Assembly (NCBI GenBank): GCA_017461475.1
Contig: JAFTXX010000003.1
Location: 43,171 to 107,170 of the forward strand
Length of the DNA: 64,000 nt
Source of the DNA: Clostridia bacterium
Lineage (GTDB): Bacteria > Bacillota > Clostridia > Oscillospirales > CAG-272
Direction of reading: 5' to 3'
This document shows, piece after piece, positions 44,524 to 54,767 of this stretch. Under the pieces are notes generated by a model, which was not told where the DNA came from, ran no database searches, and saw only the letters and a list, made by a program, of their open reading frames with translations. The first letter of the stretch is position 1, and each line of letters starts with the position of its first letter. A program made the position numbers and the translations under genes.

Positions 44524-45290
44524 TGTTGAATCAATTTTCCAGAACTGAGTTGCTCTTTGGGAAAGAAGCGATGGAACGGCTTGCCAACGCCCGTGTTGCA
44601 ATATTCGGAATCGGCGGAGTTGGCGGATATACTGTTGAAGCATTGGTTCGGTCCGGTGTGGGTGCCGTTGACCTTATAGATGACGATAAGGTGTGTCTTA
44701 CCAATATCAACCGACAGATATACGCAACTCGTAAAACGGTTGGCAAATACAAGGTGGATGTTGCAGCCGAGCGTATTGCCGAAATAAATCCTGAAGCACA
44801 GGTGCGCACATATAAGACCTTTTACACACCCGAAACAGCAGAGCAATTTGATTTTTCCCAGTATGATTATATTGTTGATGCCATTGATACTGTAACCGGA
44901 AAAATAGCACTTGTTATGAATGCAAAAGCTGCAGGAACGCCGATCATCAGCTCTATGGGAGCAGGAAACAAGGTCGATCCCACCGCTTTTGAAGTAACGG
45001 ATATTTATAAGACCTCGGTTTGTCCGCTTGCAAAGGTTATGCGTTATGAACTAAAACGCAAGGGCGTTAAAAATCTAAAGGTCGTGTATTCAAAGGAAAA
45101 GCCTATTACACCGGTCGATGATATGGCAATCAGTTGTCGCACTCATTGTATCTGTCCTCCGGGTACGGCAAGAAAATGCACCCGGCGCAGACAAGTACCC
45201 GGCAGCAATGCCTTCGTGCCGTCTGTCGTGGGGCTTATTATCGCCGGCGAAGTGATAAAGGATCTAACGCATTTCAATGCAAACTTATAA
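44523..45290 (+). CDS. tcdA: ThiF/MoeB-fold tRNA threonylcarbamoyladenosine dehydratase-like protein
   Basis: FSRTELLFG..AMERL....VAIFGIGGVGGY..EALVRSGVG...LIDDD.VCLTNINRQ. Confidence 0.75.
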   Translation: MLNQFSRTELLFGKEAMERLANARVAIFGIGGVGGYTVEALVRSGVGAVDLIDDDKVCLTNINRQIYATRKTVGKYKVDVAAERIAEINPEAQVRTYKTFYTPETAEQFDFSQYDYIVDAIDTVTGKIALVMNAKAAGTPIISSMGAGNKVDPTAFEVTDIYKTSVCPLAKVMRYELKRKGVKNLKVVYSKEKPITPVDDMAISCRTHCICPPGTARKCTRRRQVPGSNAFVPSVVGLIIAGEVIKDLTHFNANL

Positions 45291-45317
45291 TGACTACAAA
45301 AAGAAAGGAGTATAAGA

Positions 45318-45773
45318 ATGACCATATCTTCAAAAGGCAGATATGCCTTACGTGTTTTGATCGATCTTGCAGAACATGATAACGGCTCATATATCCCAAT
45401 GAAAATTGTTGCCGAGCGGCATGGACTGCCTCTAAAATATTTGGAGCATATTCTACCCACTCTCAAACAAAACAATGTTGTCGAAGGCATGCACGGTAAG
45501 GGCGGTGGATACCGCTTGACCAGAAAGCCGGAGGAATATACCATTGGAGAAATTCTTCGTTTGGTGGAAGGTGATCTTGCTCCTGTTTCCTGTCTTGAAT
45601 GCGGAGCCAAGCCGTGTGAGCGAGCAGAACAGTGTCGCACTATTTCCATGTGGAAAAACCTGCAAAGTGTAATAGACGAATATTTAGACGGCATTACCCT
45701 CAAAGATTTGATGCATGATGCCTCAAATAGCACGAGTGGTATTGATATTTCATTTTTGGATGCAGCGCTATGA
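45318..45773 (+). CDS. Rrf2-family transcriptional regulator (CymR/IscR-like)
   Basis: MTISSKGRYALRVLIDLA N-terminal wHTH. Cys cluster CLECGAKPCERAEQC. Confidence 0.9.
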   Translation: MTISSKGRYALRVLIDLAEHDNGSYIPMKIVAERHGLPLKYLEHILPTLKQNNVVEGMHGKGGGYRLTRKPEEYTIGEILRLVEGDLAPVSCLECGAKPCERAEQCRTISMWKNLQSVIDEYLDGITLKDLMHDASNSTSGIDISFLDAAL

Positions 45774-46696
45774 CTATACAACAATTACATTATGTTATTA
45801 CCATCTCCGAAACCGGTTCGCTCAATAAAGCAGCGGAGATACTATATGTGGCACAACCATCTCTTACCAGCTCGATCAAGGAACTGGAAAAGGAACTGGG
45901 GATAGTGATCTTCCATCGCAGTGGACGCGGCGTGACCCTGACCAATGACGGCGTTGAGTTTGTATTATACGCCCGTCAGCTGTATCAGCAATATGAGTCT
46001 ATATTGCAGAAATACGGTAATAACGGTACACTGAAAAAGAAATTCGGTATCTCTACACAGCACTATTCCTTTGCGATAAAGAGCTTCGTTGAGATGGTAA
46101 AAAAATTCAATACAGCAGAGTATGAATTTGCCATCCGTGAGACAAAGACCATGGAGGTCATCGAGGATGTCAGTACATTGAAAAGTGAGATAGGCATCAT
46201 TTATTTAAGTGATTTTAACCGTATGGCTATTACCAAGCTGTTACATACCAAGGATCTGGAATTTCACCGATTGACAGAGTGCGACGCCTATGTATACCTG
46301 TGGAAAGGGCATCCCTTGGCGAACTGTAGTTCTATACGGTTTTCCCAGCTTAACGATTACCCCTGTCTGTCTTTTGAACAGGGTGATAACAGCTCTTTCT
46401 ATTTCGCTGAGGAGATACTCAGTACCAATGAATATGCCAGAACCATCAAAGCCAACGATCGCGCAACCATGTTGAATCTTATGGTCGGATTAAACGGATA
46501 CACTCTTTGTTCGGGCATCATCAGCGAGGAACTGAACGGAGATGATTATGTGGCCATACCCTTTGAGCATGAGGATGCCGAGTCGGTAGACAGGATGGAG
46601 ATAGGCTATGTTACTAAGAAGAATATGCTGTTAAGCCGTATGGGTGAACTCTATATCAATGAGATAAAAAAATACTTAAATCAATATAAGCAATAA
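45770..46696 (+). CDS. LysR-family transcriptional regulator
   Basis: MTIQQLHYVITISETGSLNKAAEILYVAQPSLTSSIKELEKELG HTH. 308 aa. ATGA overlap with the Rrf2 gene. Confidence 0.9.
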   Translation: MTIQQLHYVITISETGSLNKAAEILYVAQPSLTSSIKELEKELGIVIFHRSGRGVTLTNDGVEFVLYARQLYQQYESILQKYGNNGTLKKKFGISTQHYSFAIKSFVEMVKKFNTAEYEFAIRETKTMEVIEDVSTLKSEIGIIYLSDFNRMAITKLLHTKDLEFHRLTECDAYVYLWKGHPLANCSSIRFSQLNDYPCLSFEQGDNSSFYFAEEILSTNEYARTIKANDRATMLNLMVGLNGYTLCSGIISEELNGDDYVAIPFEHEDAESVDRMEIGYVTKKNMLLSRMGELYINEIKKYLNQYKQ

Positions 46697-46698
46697 TC

Positions 46699-46735
46699 AA
46701 TACCGTACTGCCGAGGCAGTGCGGTATTATTGTTT
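46699..46735 (+). terminator. Rho-independent terminator
   Basis: aataccgtactgcc / ggcagtgcggtatt stem followed by attgttt. Confidence 0.75.
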
Positions 46736-46939
46736 GGAGATATAGGTTTAATCTATAACTCAATATACTTTTACTGTATTGGACAGACGGCTGATTCAGT
46801 GCTATAATTTTGGTGTAGAAAAGATAAAGGAGGTAGGTGTTATGGTCACAGCAAATGTGAAAACAGGCAACAGATATATCATATATGACAAATTCTTCAG
46901 TGCTTGTCGAATGTGATACTGTGTGGGAGTTGATATACA

Positions 46940-48148
46940 ATGAATAAACTGCTTAAACAGCTTGAAGCGGAAGAGTCGGATCTGATAGAGACACGGAATT
47001 ATCTGCATCTTCATCCCGAGCTTTCAGGGGAAGAAATAAACACTCTGGCGCTGATAAGTCAGCGGCTGACGGACATGGATATTCCCTATACCGAGATAGA
47101 GAAGGGAGGAATACTTGCCGAGCTTACCAACGGTATCGGCGGTAAGACCGTTTTGTTGCGTGCCGATATGGACGCACTTCCTGTTCAGGAGAGCTCCTGT
47201 AATCTGGTTCGGGCAAAGAAAGTAGTATCGAAAAACGGTGGTGTGTCTCATGTCTGCGGACATGATGCCCACACCGCCATGCTGTTAACGGCGGCAAAGC
47301 TGTTAAGAGCACGTATATCAGAGCTGAACGGTACGGTCTTGCTTTGCTTTGAACGGGCAGAGGAAGGCGGCGGTCCCGGTCATAGCTTCGGAGTAAAACA
47401 GATACTCAGATATATGGATAGGAATAATATCCGACCCGACAGCTGCTTTGCACTGCATGTTGATCCGCGGCTCGATACAGGGAAGCTCTCTGTAGAGCGT
47501 GGCGGAGTGATGGCAGGGAGCTTTGGATTTGAGATAAGTATAAAAGGCACGGGAGGACACGGGTCACGTCCAGACCTTGCCAACAATCCTCTGGATTGCT
47601 TTACTGCCTTTTATCAATCCCTTGCTGCTATCCGACTTCGCAAGATAAGTCCCTATGGTCTTCTGACCTTCAGTATTCCGTTGGTCAGGACAGGAACTCT
47701 CGGAAATCTTATCGATAGCGAATTGTATTTTGAAGGGACGGCACGTTCCCTTGATATTAAGAGTCTTGAGATATTCAGGGACAGCTTTCTCAATCAGCTT
47801 GAACATTTTACCGCCGCTTTCGGCTGCGAATATCGGACAGAGCTTATCTACCTTGAAGCTCCGTTGTGCAATGATGCCGAGGTAGCGGATAATGCTCGCG
47901 GTGTCGTTAAGGAAATGTTCGGTGACGATCATTATCAAGCTATCGAACCTAACCTCGGTTCCGAGTCTTTTGCTGACTATACCTACAGATTCCCCGGAGC
48001 TATGGCATTTCTCGGCATCAGAAATGAAGAGCTGGGAAGCGGAGCAGGCCTTCATGCTGACAACTTTGATATTGACGAAAACGCACTGAAATACGGTGCG
48101 GGAGTGCTCGCAGGCTATGCGCTGAACGAGCTGACTGATAAAAACTAA
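46940..48148 (+). CDS. M20-family amidohydrolase (N-acyl-amino-acid deacylase type)
   Basis: LHLHPELSGEE, LLRADMDALP and HVCGHDAHTAMLL motifs. 402 aa. Confidence 0.85.
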   Translation: MNKLLKQLEAEESDLIETRNYLHLHPELSGEEINTLALISQRLTDMDIPYTEIEKGGILAELTNGIGGKTVLLRADMDALPVQESSCNLVRAKKVVSKNGGVSHVCGHDAHTAMLLTAAKLLRARISELNGTVLLCFERAEEGGGPGHSFGVKQILRYMDRNNIRPDSCFALHVDPRLDTGKLSVERGGVMAGSFGFEISIKGTGGHGSRPDLANNPLDCFTAFYQSLAAIRLRKISPYGLLTFSIPLVRTGTLGNLIDSELYFEGTARSLDIKSLEIFRDSFLNQLEHFTAAFGCEYRTELIYLEAPLCNDAEVADNARGVVKEMFGDDHYQAIEPNLGSESFADYTYRFPGAMAFLGIRNEELGSGAGLHADNFDIDENALKYGAGVLAGYALNELTDKN

Positions 48149-48172
48149 ATTACCGAAAGGATGTACATTACC

Positions 48173-48991
48173 ATGAAAAGAAATTTAATACGCATTATAT
48201 CACTGATACTTGTTGCTGTTTTTGCCCTCGGAGCCTTGGCTTCTTGCGGTACGAAGAAAGAGGAAGAAGAAAAGGACCAGCTTGCCGCTATACAGGAAGC
48301 AGGAAAATTTGTCGTAGGTATAGAGGGCGCATATCCTCCCTTCAACTACCATGATGACTCGGGTGAACTCACCGGATTCGACGTTGAGGTTGCTAAGGCG
48401 GTTGCAGAGAAGCTGGGCGTAACTGCTGAGTTTGTAGAGGCGCCTTGGGATTCTCTGCTTGCGGGAGTAGACAGCGGACGTTTTGATACTGTTATCAACT
48501 GCGTAAGTGTTTCGGATGAGCGTAAAGAAAAGTATGATTTCTCCGATCCTTATGTATACAGCCCCACACAGATACTTGTAAGGACAGCAAACGATTCTAT
48601 CAAGAGCATAGACGATCTGTCAGGTAAGAAGCTAGCAGGTAACAGTACCAACGTTCTTGCGTCCTGGTATGAATCTCTGGGTGTTGAACTGGTGCCTATC
48701 GACACAAGCTCTGAAGCTATAAATCTTCTCCTCTCCGACCGCGTTGATTTCCTGAGCTTCAGCGGTATCACCTTCAGCAGCTATCTTGACGAGCATCCTG
48801 ATACCGATATCAAGGTAGCATTTAATATCGATGACGCTGAGCAGCAGGTGGCTATCCCCATCCGTAAAGGAGAGACACGTCTGCTTGACAGTATCAATCA
48901 GGCTCTTGAAGAGCTCAGAGAGGACGGAACCATTGTCGCACTTTCCGAGGAGTTTTTAAAATCCGACTTTACGGTTTCAGCATCGGAATAA
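48173..48991 (+). CDS. Amino-acid ABC substrate-binding lipoprotein
   Basis: Lipobox LGALASCG. Family-3 SBP motifs (VVGIEGAYPPFNY, GFDVEVAKAVA, WDSLLAGVDSGRFD). Confidence 0.85.
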   Translation: MKRNLIRIISLILVAVFALGALASCGTKKEEEEKDQLAAIQEAGKFVVGIEGAYPPFNYHDDSGELTGFDVEVAKAVAEKLGVTAEFVEAPWDSLLAGVDSGRFDTVINCVSVSDERKEKYDFSDPYVYSPTQILVRTANDSIKSIDDLSGKKLAGNSTNVLASWYESLGVELVPIDTSSEAINLLLSDRVDFLSFSGITFSSYLDEHPDTDIKVAFNIDDAEQQVAIPIRKGETRLLDSINQALEELREDGTIVALSEEFLKSDFTVSASE

Positions 48992-49014
48992 TTATTTGAT
49001 CAGGTAGTATTGTC

Positions 49015-49719
49015 ATGAGTGAAAGATTATTAGAGATCCTGCTGTCTTCCTTTACCAAGATTCTGATTCCCTGTATCAAGGTCACGATACCGCTGACACT
49101 CATTGTTTTTGTTGTCGGGGTGGTGCTTGCCTTCTTCATTGCGCTTGTTCAGATATTGAATATCAAGGTCTTAAGACAGCTTGCACGAATATACATATGG
49201 CTCTTTCGCGGTACGCCGCTTCTGGTTCAGCTGTTTATAATATTTTACGGGATGCCTTCGTTAGGACTTATGATACCTGCCTTCCCATCTGCGGTCATAG
49301 CCTTCTCGCTGAACCTGGCGGCATACAGTTCAGAGACGATACGCTCGGCTATTCTGTCTGTCCCTGTGGGACAGACAGAGGCAGGTTACATGATAGGTCT
49401 GGGCTATCCTCAGATAATGCTGCGTATAGTTCTGCCGCAGGCGGCGCGTGTTGCATTCCCGACGCTGTTCAATTCTCTTATAGGTCTTACCAAGGATACG
49501 TCCCTTGCCTCCAGTATCACGGTAGTGGAAATGTTCAAGGCGTCTCAGCAGATAGCGGGAAGATATTTTGAGCCTTTTGCCCTTTATTGCGAAGCGGCTT
49601 TTATCTATCTGATAATAAGCTCACTCCTTACCTTGCTTCAGTCATATTTGGAAAAGAAGCTGGAATGGAAACAGAAGAAAGAAACTAAGATATTCACAAA
49701 GGAGAAAAAATATGCCTAG
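49015..49719 (+). CDS. Amino-acid ABC transporter permease
   Basis: RGTPLLVQLFIIFYG and GQTEAGYMIGL (EAA loop). Confidence 0.9.
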   Translation: MSERLLEILLSSFTKILIPCIKVTIPLTLIVFVVGVVLAFFIALVQILNIKVLRQLARIYIWLFRGTPLLVQLFIIFYGMPSLGLMIPAFPSAVIAFSLNLAAYSSETIRSAILSVPVGQTEAGYMIGLGYPQIMLRIVLPQAARVAFPTLFNSLIGLTKDTSLASSITVVEMFKASQQIAGRYFEPFALYCEAAFIYLIISSLLTLLQSYLEKKLEWKQKKETKIFTKEKKYA

Positions 49720-50224
49720 AATTACCGAAATAGACGTTGACAACGCCTCTCAGGAGGTAAAGAATGTCATTTCCGAACATCTCGCCCGGGGACACCGACT
49801 GACTGCAGAGAAACGCACGTTACTGCATAACGTAAAGGCTTTTCTGGCGCTCGAAGAAAGCTCATATGCTCTCGATGATGAACTGCAGAGGCTGATCGGC
49901 AAGCGTGCCGCTGATTTTTACGAGTACGCTATCTCTGTGCAGAACGATTGTCTCGTATGCAGTGCTTACTTTACCAATCTTTTGAAAAAGAATAACATTG
50001 ATTTCGAGACCTTTGATTTCACTGAACGCGAAAATCTGCTTATAGAGTACGGACGGGCGATAGCCAAGGATCCTAAGGGCGTCAGTGACGAGCTTTTCAA
50101 GAGATTGAAAAAGGAGTTTACCGAGGAGGAGATAGTTGTTATAACTACGATGGGTGTCCTTATGATAGCCAACAACTATTTAAACGATATCTTACAGGTA
50201 CAGCCCGAAGAAATAGTCGATTGA
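49712..50224 (+). CDS. AhpD/carboxymuconolactone-decarboxylase-like CxxC protein
   Basis: 170 aa, helical. [12 protein letters not shown] resembles the CMD/AhpD CxxC motif. Overlaps the permease stop. Confidence 0.55.
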   Translation: MPRITEIDVDNASQEVKNVISEHLARGHRLTAEKRTLLHNVKAFLALEESSYALDDELQRLIGKRAADFYEYAISVQNDCLVCSAYFTNLLKKNNIDFETFDFTERENLLIEYGRAIAKDPKGVSDELFKRLKKEFTEEEIVVITTMGVLMIANNYLNDILQVQPEEIVD

Positions 50225-50240
50225 AAAGGAATTTCATAAC

Positions 50241-50993
50241 ATGCTTGAGGTTAAGAACATCCGCAAAAGCTTCGGCAGAAACGAGGTGCTTCGCGGTATA
50301 AATTTCAAAGTGAATAAAGGTGAGGTCATAGCGCTTCTGGGCAGCAGCGGCTCAGGCAAGACGACTCTGCTAAGGTGTATTTCCTTTCTCGAAAGGGCTG
50401 ACGGCGGAGAACTGGTATTTGACGGATTCGAGAAGGATATCACCCGTCTGTCCAAGAAGGAGATACGTGCTTTGCGTATGAAGATGGGGTTCGTGTTCCA
50501 GAACTATAATCTGTTTCGCAACAAGACGGTATTCGGCAATGTTACTGAACCCCTCCTGGCGGCACGCAGGATGCCCCGTGCGGAATCGGACAGGATAGCC
50601 GCGGATATGCTTCGTAAGGTAGGCATGTCTGATAAAGCCGATTTTTATCCCGACTCGCTCTCAGGAGGTCAGCAGCAGCGCGTTGCCATAGCCCGCGCTA
50701 TAGCCAGCTCCCCTGAGGTGATATTGTTTGATGAACCCACCTCCGCCCTTGACCCCGAACTTACAGGAGAGGTACTTGACGTTATGAGGGTACTTGCTAA
50801 CGAGGGGACTACTATGGTGGTGGTTACCCACGAGATGGATTTTGCCCGTGAGGTAGCTGACAGAGTTGTGTTCATGGAGGACGGTGTTATAGTAGAGGAC
50901 GCGCCGTCAAAGGAGTTCTTTGCCTCCCCTAAGCAGGAGAGTACCAGGCGTTTTCTGAGAAGGGTACTACGTGACTATGATTATACCATCTGA
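50241..50993 (+). CDS. Amino-acid ABC transporter ATP-binding protein
   Basis: [35 protein letters not shown]. Confidence 0.95.
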   Translation: MLEVKNIRKSFGRNEVLRGINFKVNKGEVIALLGSSGSGKTTLLRCISFLERADGGELVFDGFEKDITRLSKKEIRALRMKMGFVFQNYNLFRNKTVFGNVTEPLLAARRMPRAESDRIAADMLRKVGMSDKADFYPDSLSGGQQQRVAIARAIASSPEVILFDEPTSALDPELTGEVLDVMRVLANEGTTMVVVTHEMDFAREVADRVVFMEDGVIVEDAPSKEFFASPKQESTRRFLRRVLRDYDYTI

Positions 50994-51903
50994 CAGAGTC
51001 AAGGGGCACGCCGCCGCTGCATTCACGGTTCTTGTATGGGGCAGTACCTTCGTTTCGACCAAGGTACTGTTAGTCAATTTCGCTCCCGTTGAGATCATAC
51101 TGCTTCGGTTTATCATCGGTTTTGTTTTTCTATGCCTTGCAGCACCTGGAGGGATAGGCAAAGTTGATCGGAAAACAGAAGCACTGTTTGCTTTGGCGGG
51201 GCTCTGCGGTGTAACACTTAATTACCTACTTGAGACCTATGCTCTGCAGTATACCAAGGCATCCAATCTGGCTGTCATAGTTTCCGTTACACCGCTTATC
51301 GTAGGCATTACAGCTTCGATTATATACAGGGAGCGTATAAAAGCTAATTTTATCGTAGGATTTTTATTGTCTGTTACAGGTATATTCCTTATCAGCTTTG
51401 CTGACGGCTCGGAGTTTTCGTTTCATCTTCGCGGCGATATGCTTGGACTTTCGGTTTCCGTAGTATGGACGGTATATACCGTTGCATCTGAAAAACTATC
51501 GAAAAAAGGCTATAATGTCATACATATGACAAGGCGTATATTCTTTTATGGTATTTTATTTATGATACCTTTTGCCATACGCGAGCATGCCGTACCGAAC
51601 TTTGAACAGTGGGCAGAGCCGCGCAATCTGCTTTTGCTTTTGTATCTTGGTATTGCGGCATGCGCTCTAAGCTATATTACCTGGAATTACGCGGTACGTG
51701 TTTTGGGACCGATACGTTCCAATCTTTATTTCTATGCTTCGCCGCTTATTACAGTGTTATTTTCGGTTCTCATATTGAACGAGGTGCTCTCGCCACGTGC
51801 TTTGGTCGGTATGATGTTTACACTTCTCGGGGTGGGCGTTTCGGGGGATCTGATAGGAAATATCAGGACCATGATTGACGAAAAGAAAAGGAGAAAACGA
51901 TGA
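50971..51903 (+). CDS. DMT/EamA-family transporter
   Basis: Ten hydrophobic segments in two EamA-like halves. The start is GTG 50971 or ATG 50977. Confidence 0.8.
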   Translation: MTMIIPSDRVKGHAAAAFTVLVWGSTFVSTKVLLVNFAPVEIILLRFIIGFVFLCLAAPGGIGKVDRKTEALFALAGLCGVTLNYLLETYALQYTKASNLAVIVSVTPLIVGITASIIYRERIKANFIVGFLLSVTGIFLISFADGSEFSFHLRGDMLGLSVSVVWTVYTVASEKLSKKGYNVIHMTRRIFFYGILFMIPFAIREHAVPNFEQWAEPRNLLLLLYLGIAACALSYITWNYAVRVLGPIRSNLYFYASPLITVLFSVLILNEVLSPRALVGMMFTLLGVGVSGDLIGNIRTMIDEKKRRKR

Positions 51904-52166
51904 TATATACTTTCAAACCAAAAGGGGTATGTCCCGCTGAGATCAGGATAGAGCTGGATGAAGATAATATCATCCGCGGGATAAACGCTGTCGGAGGCTG
52001 TAGCGGTAATCTGCAAGGGATCTCCGTACTGGCTGAGGGTATGTCGGCATCCGAAGCTGTAAAACGGTTAAAAGGTATACGATGCAGTTTTAAGCAGACC
52101 TCCTGCCCGGACCAGATAGCCCAAGCACTTGAAGAGTTCCTCAGCGAAAAAGCTGAACAGATTTAA
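51900..52166 (+). CDS. Small TSCPD-domain protein
   Basis: 88 aa with GGCSGNLQGIS and KQTSCPDQIAQAL. ATGA overlap with the upstream gene. Confidence 0.65.
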   Translation: MIYTFKPKGVCPAEIRIELDEDNIIRGINAVGGCSGNLQGISVLAEGMSASEAVKRLKGIRCSFKQTSCPDQIAQALEEFLSEKAEQI

Positions 52167-52183
52167 GATAAGGAGATATTACA

Positions 52184-53335
52184 ATGAAGGAAAGTTTTGA
52201 GACACGATGTATACACGGGGATCCTGATGCATCACTTCGCGACGCCAACAATGCTATCAGCTTTCCCATATATCAGACTGCCTCGTTTAGTCATATCAAA
52301 ACAGGGCATAACGACAGTGGATTTGATTATACGAGAGAATCAAATCCCACCCGCAGCAAGCTTGAAGAGGTTGTTTCTTCTTTGGAATCGGCTGTAGGTA
52401 CGGTGGCTTTTTCCTCCGGCATGGCGGCAATCAGCGCCTGTTTTGAGTTGTTTCGTCCCGGAGACCGCATCCTATGCTCAGAGGATTTGTACGGCGGTGC
52501 GATCCGTCTGCACAATTTGATCAGCGCAAAGAACGGTGTTACGGCGGACTATGTTGACACTTCTGATCTTAAGACTGTAGAAAAGTCCATTACGCCGGAC
52601 ACTAAGGCTATTTATGTGGAAACTCCCAGTAATCCTATGATGAATATTACGGATCTCAGGGGGTGCGCAAAGCTGGCGCATGATAACGGGCTTTTACTTA
52701 TTGTTGATAATACCTTTCTTTCACCGTATCTTCAAAATCCCTTGTTGTTGGGCGCGGATATCGTCATTCATAGCGGAAGCAAATTCCTTTCCGGACATAA
52801 CGATACCATATCCGGGTTTGTTTCAGCGGGGGATGCGAATCTCATAGATAAAATACGCCTTATTTCAAAAACAACAGGCGGTGTTCTTGCTCCGTTTGAC
52901 AGTTGGCTCGTCATGAGAGGAATCAAGACATTGGCGGTCCGTATGAAACAGCAGCAAGAAAGTGCGATGAAAATTGCCGACTGGTTGTTCGACTGTCCGC
53001 AGGTTACGAATGTCTATTATCCGGGGCTCAAGGATCATCCGGGATATGAGATCAACGCAAGTCAAGCAAAAGGCTCCGGAAGTATGATCTCGTTCCGTGT
53101 GGATAATGAAAAAACAGCGCTTAGGGTGCTTCAAAAGGTAAGGCTTGTTACCTTTGCGGAAAGTCTCGGCGGAGTGGAATCCCTTATTACCTATCCGGCA
53201 CTTCAAACTCATCCTGATGTACCGCAGAAAATGCGCGAACATCTCGGTATCACGGAAACGTTGCTGCGTCTCTCTGTAGGTTTGGAGAACGCTGACGATA
53301 TTATTTCTGATCTAAAGCAGGCACTGGAGGAGTGA
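52184..53335 (+). CDS. Cys/Met-metabolism PLP enzyme (cystathionine gamma-synthase / beta- or gamma-lyase family)
   Basis: TRCIHG..., PIYQTASF, YTRESNPTR, HSGSKFLSGHND (PLP Lys). 383 aa. Confidence 0.9.
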   Translation: MKESFETRCIHGDPDASLRDANNAISFPIYQTASFSHIKTGHNDSGFDYTRESNPTRSKLEEVVSSLESAVGTVAFSSGMAAISACFELFRPGDRILCSEDLYGGAIRLHNLISAKNGVTADYVDTSDLKTVEKSITPDTKAIYVETPSNPMMNITDLRGCAKLAHDNGLLLIVDNTFLSPYLQNPLLLGADIVIHSGSKFLSGHNDTISGFVSAGDANLIDKIRLISKTTGGVLAPFDSWLVMRGIKTLAVRMKQQQESAMKIADWLFDCPQVTNVYYPGLKDHPGYEINASQAKGSGSMISFRVDNEKTALRVLQKVRLVTFAESLGGVESLITYPALQTHPDVPQKMREHLGITETLLRLSVGLENADDIISDLKQALEE

Positions 53336-54516
53336 AAATGGTAACATATGATTTCGACAGTGTGATCGATCGCCGAAACACCAATAGCTTGAAATACGAT
53401 TTTGCAGTAGAACGTGGATGTCCGGCAGATGTCCTTCCTCTATGGGTAGCAGATATGGATTTCCGCGCGGCACAGTCGGTGCTTGATGCACTGCATACAG
53501 CGGTCGATCACGGTATCTTCGGATATAGTGACGTAAAAGAAGAATACTACAGAGCAGTTTCTTCGTGGTTCAAAAAACATTTTGATTGGCAAACAAAATC
53601 TGAATGGCTAATTAAGACTCCTGGTGTGGTATTTGCCTTGGCAATGGCAATTCGAGCTATGACAGAACCGGGAGACGGCATACTGATTCAAACTCCGGTG
53701 TATTACCCGTTCTACTCGGTCATAAAGGACAACAATCGCAAACTTGTGGAAAACCAACTGCTTTATCGAGACGGGCGGTATGAGATCAATTTCGATGACT
53801 TAGAAGAAAAGATACAGAAAGAGCGTGTCAAATTATTTATTCTTTGTTCCCCCCACAATCCGGTAGGCAGAGTTTGGACAAAGGAGGAGCTTCAAAGGAT
53901 CGGAACGATCTGTGAAACATACGGTGTGACCGTTGTGTCTGATGAGATCCATTGTGATTTTGCATTCCCGGAACATCCGCACACGACCTTTGCAAAAGCA
54001 TGTCCGAGACTGGAGGAATGTTCCATAGTCTGCACTGCTCCGAGCAAGACGTTCAATTTGGCAGGATTACAGGTTTCAAATATCTGGATTCCAAATGCTA
54101 AAATCAGACGAAAGATTCAAAATGAAATCGATCGCAGCGGATACTCTCAGCTTAATTCTCTCGGCTTAGTGGCGGCAAAAGCCGCATATGAAAGCGGCGA
54201 GGAGTGGCTTTTGCAATGCAAAGACTATCTGCGCGGAAATTTGAATTTTTTACGTTCTTTTTTGCAGGACAAGCTTCCCGAAATTAAGCTTGTGGAACCG
54301 GAAGGTACCTACTTTGCATGGCTTGACTGTTCGGGTCTGGGACTTGACCGCACAGAGCTCAATGACCTTATTGTTAATAAGGCAAAGCTTTGGCTTGATG
54401 CCGGACACATATTCGGGGAAGAAGCGTCAGCATTTCAGCGCGTTGTATTAGCTTGCCCGCGTAAAACACTGGAACAAGCGTTGATACAATTGGAAAAAGC
54501 AGTTCGGAATACTTAA
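53332..54516 (+). CDS. PatB/MalY-type aminotransferase-fold C-S lyase
   Basis: DRRNTNSLKY, LWVADMDF, CSPHNPVGRVW, SDEIHCDF, SKTFNLAGL. Confidence 0.85.
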   Translation: MKMVTYDFDSVIDRRNTNSLKYDFAVERGCPADVLPLWVADMDFRAAQSVLDALHTAVDHGIFGYSDVKEEYYRAVSSWFKKHFDWQTKSEWLIKTPGVVFALAMAIRAMTEPGDGILIQTPVYYPFYSVIKDNNRKLVENQLLYRDGRYEINFDDLEEKIQKERVKLFILCSPHNPVGRVWTKEELQRIGTICETYGVTVVSDEIHCDFAFPEHPHTTFAKACPRLEECSIVCTAPSKTFNLAGLQVSNIWIPNAKIRRKIQNEIDRSGYSQLNSLGLVAAKAAYESGEEWLLQCKDYLRGNLNFLRSFLQDKLPEIKLVEPEGTYFAWLDCSGLGLDRTELNDLIVNKAKLWLDAGHIFGEEASAFQRVVLACPRKTLEQALIQLEKAVRNT

Positions 54517-54734
54517 TAACTTTTAGTTTCGTAGTTTTTGAATTTTTGCTGGACTTTGGGAAAGTGTTGTGGTAATTCTTCATTTTTGATTTCGCTTGGT
54601 AAGATCTCAATTCGTTTAGTAATTCTGCAGCCTTCATATTTTGTTTCTCTCCGTATAGTTGATTATATCATTCGAACAAGGTCCTTTTTTCTTTAGAAAT
54701 TTCGTGAAGAACGCTTGTAAATTGCTTTGTTACA

Positions 54735-54767
54735 CAAAAAGTCGTCCGTGAGGACGACTTTTTTTAG
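54735..54767. terminator. Bidirectional terminator between convergent genes
   Basis: aaaaagtcgtcc-gtga-ggacgacttttttt. Confidence 0.8.

Noticed and set aside
54374-54637. 87-aa minus-strand ORF with a GGAGAG RBS (MKAAELLNELRSYQAKSKMKNYHNT..)
   Set aside because: Its 3' two-thirds run antisense through the end of the PatB-type gene, and the translation there is featureless. It is possibly a stub of a lost gene, but it is unsupported.
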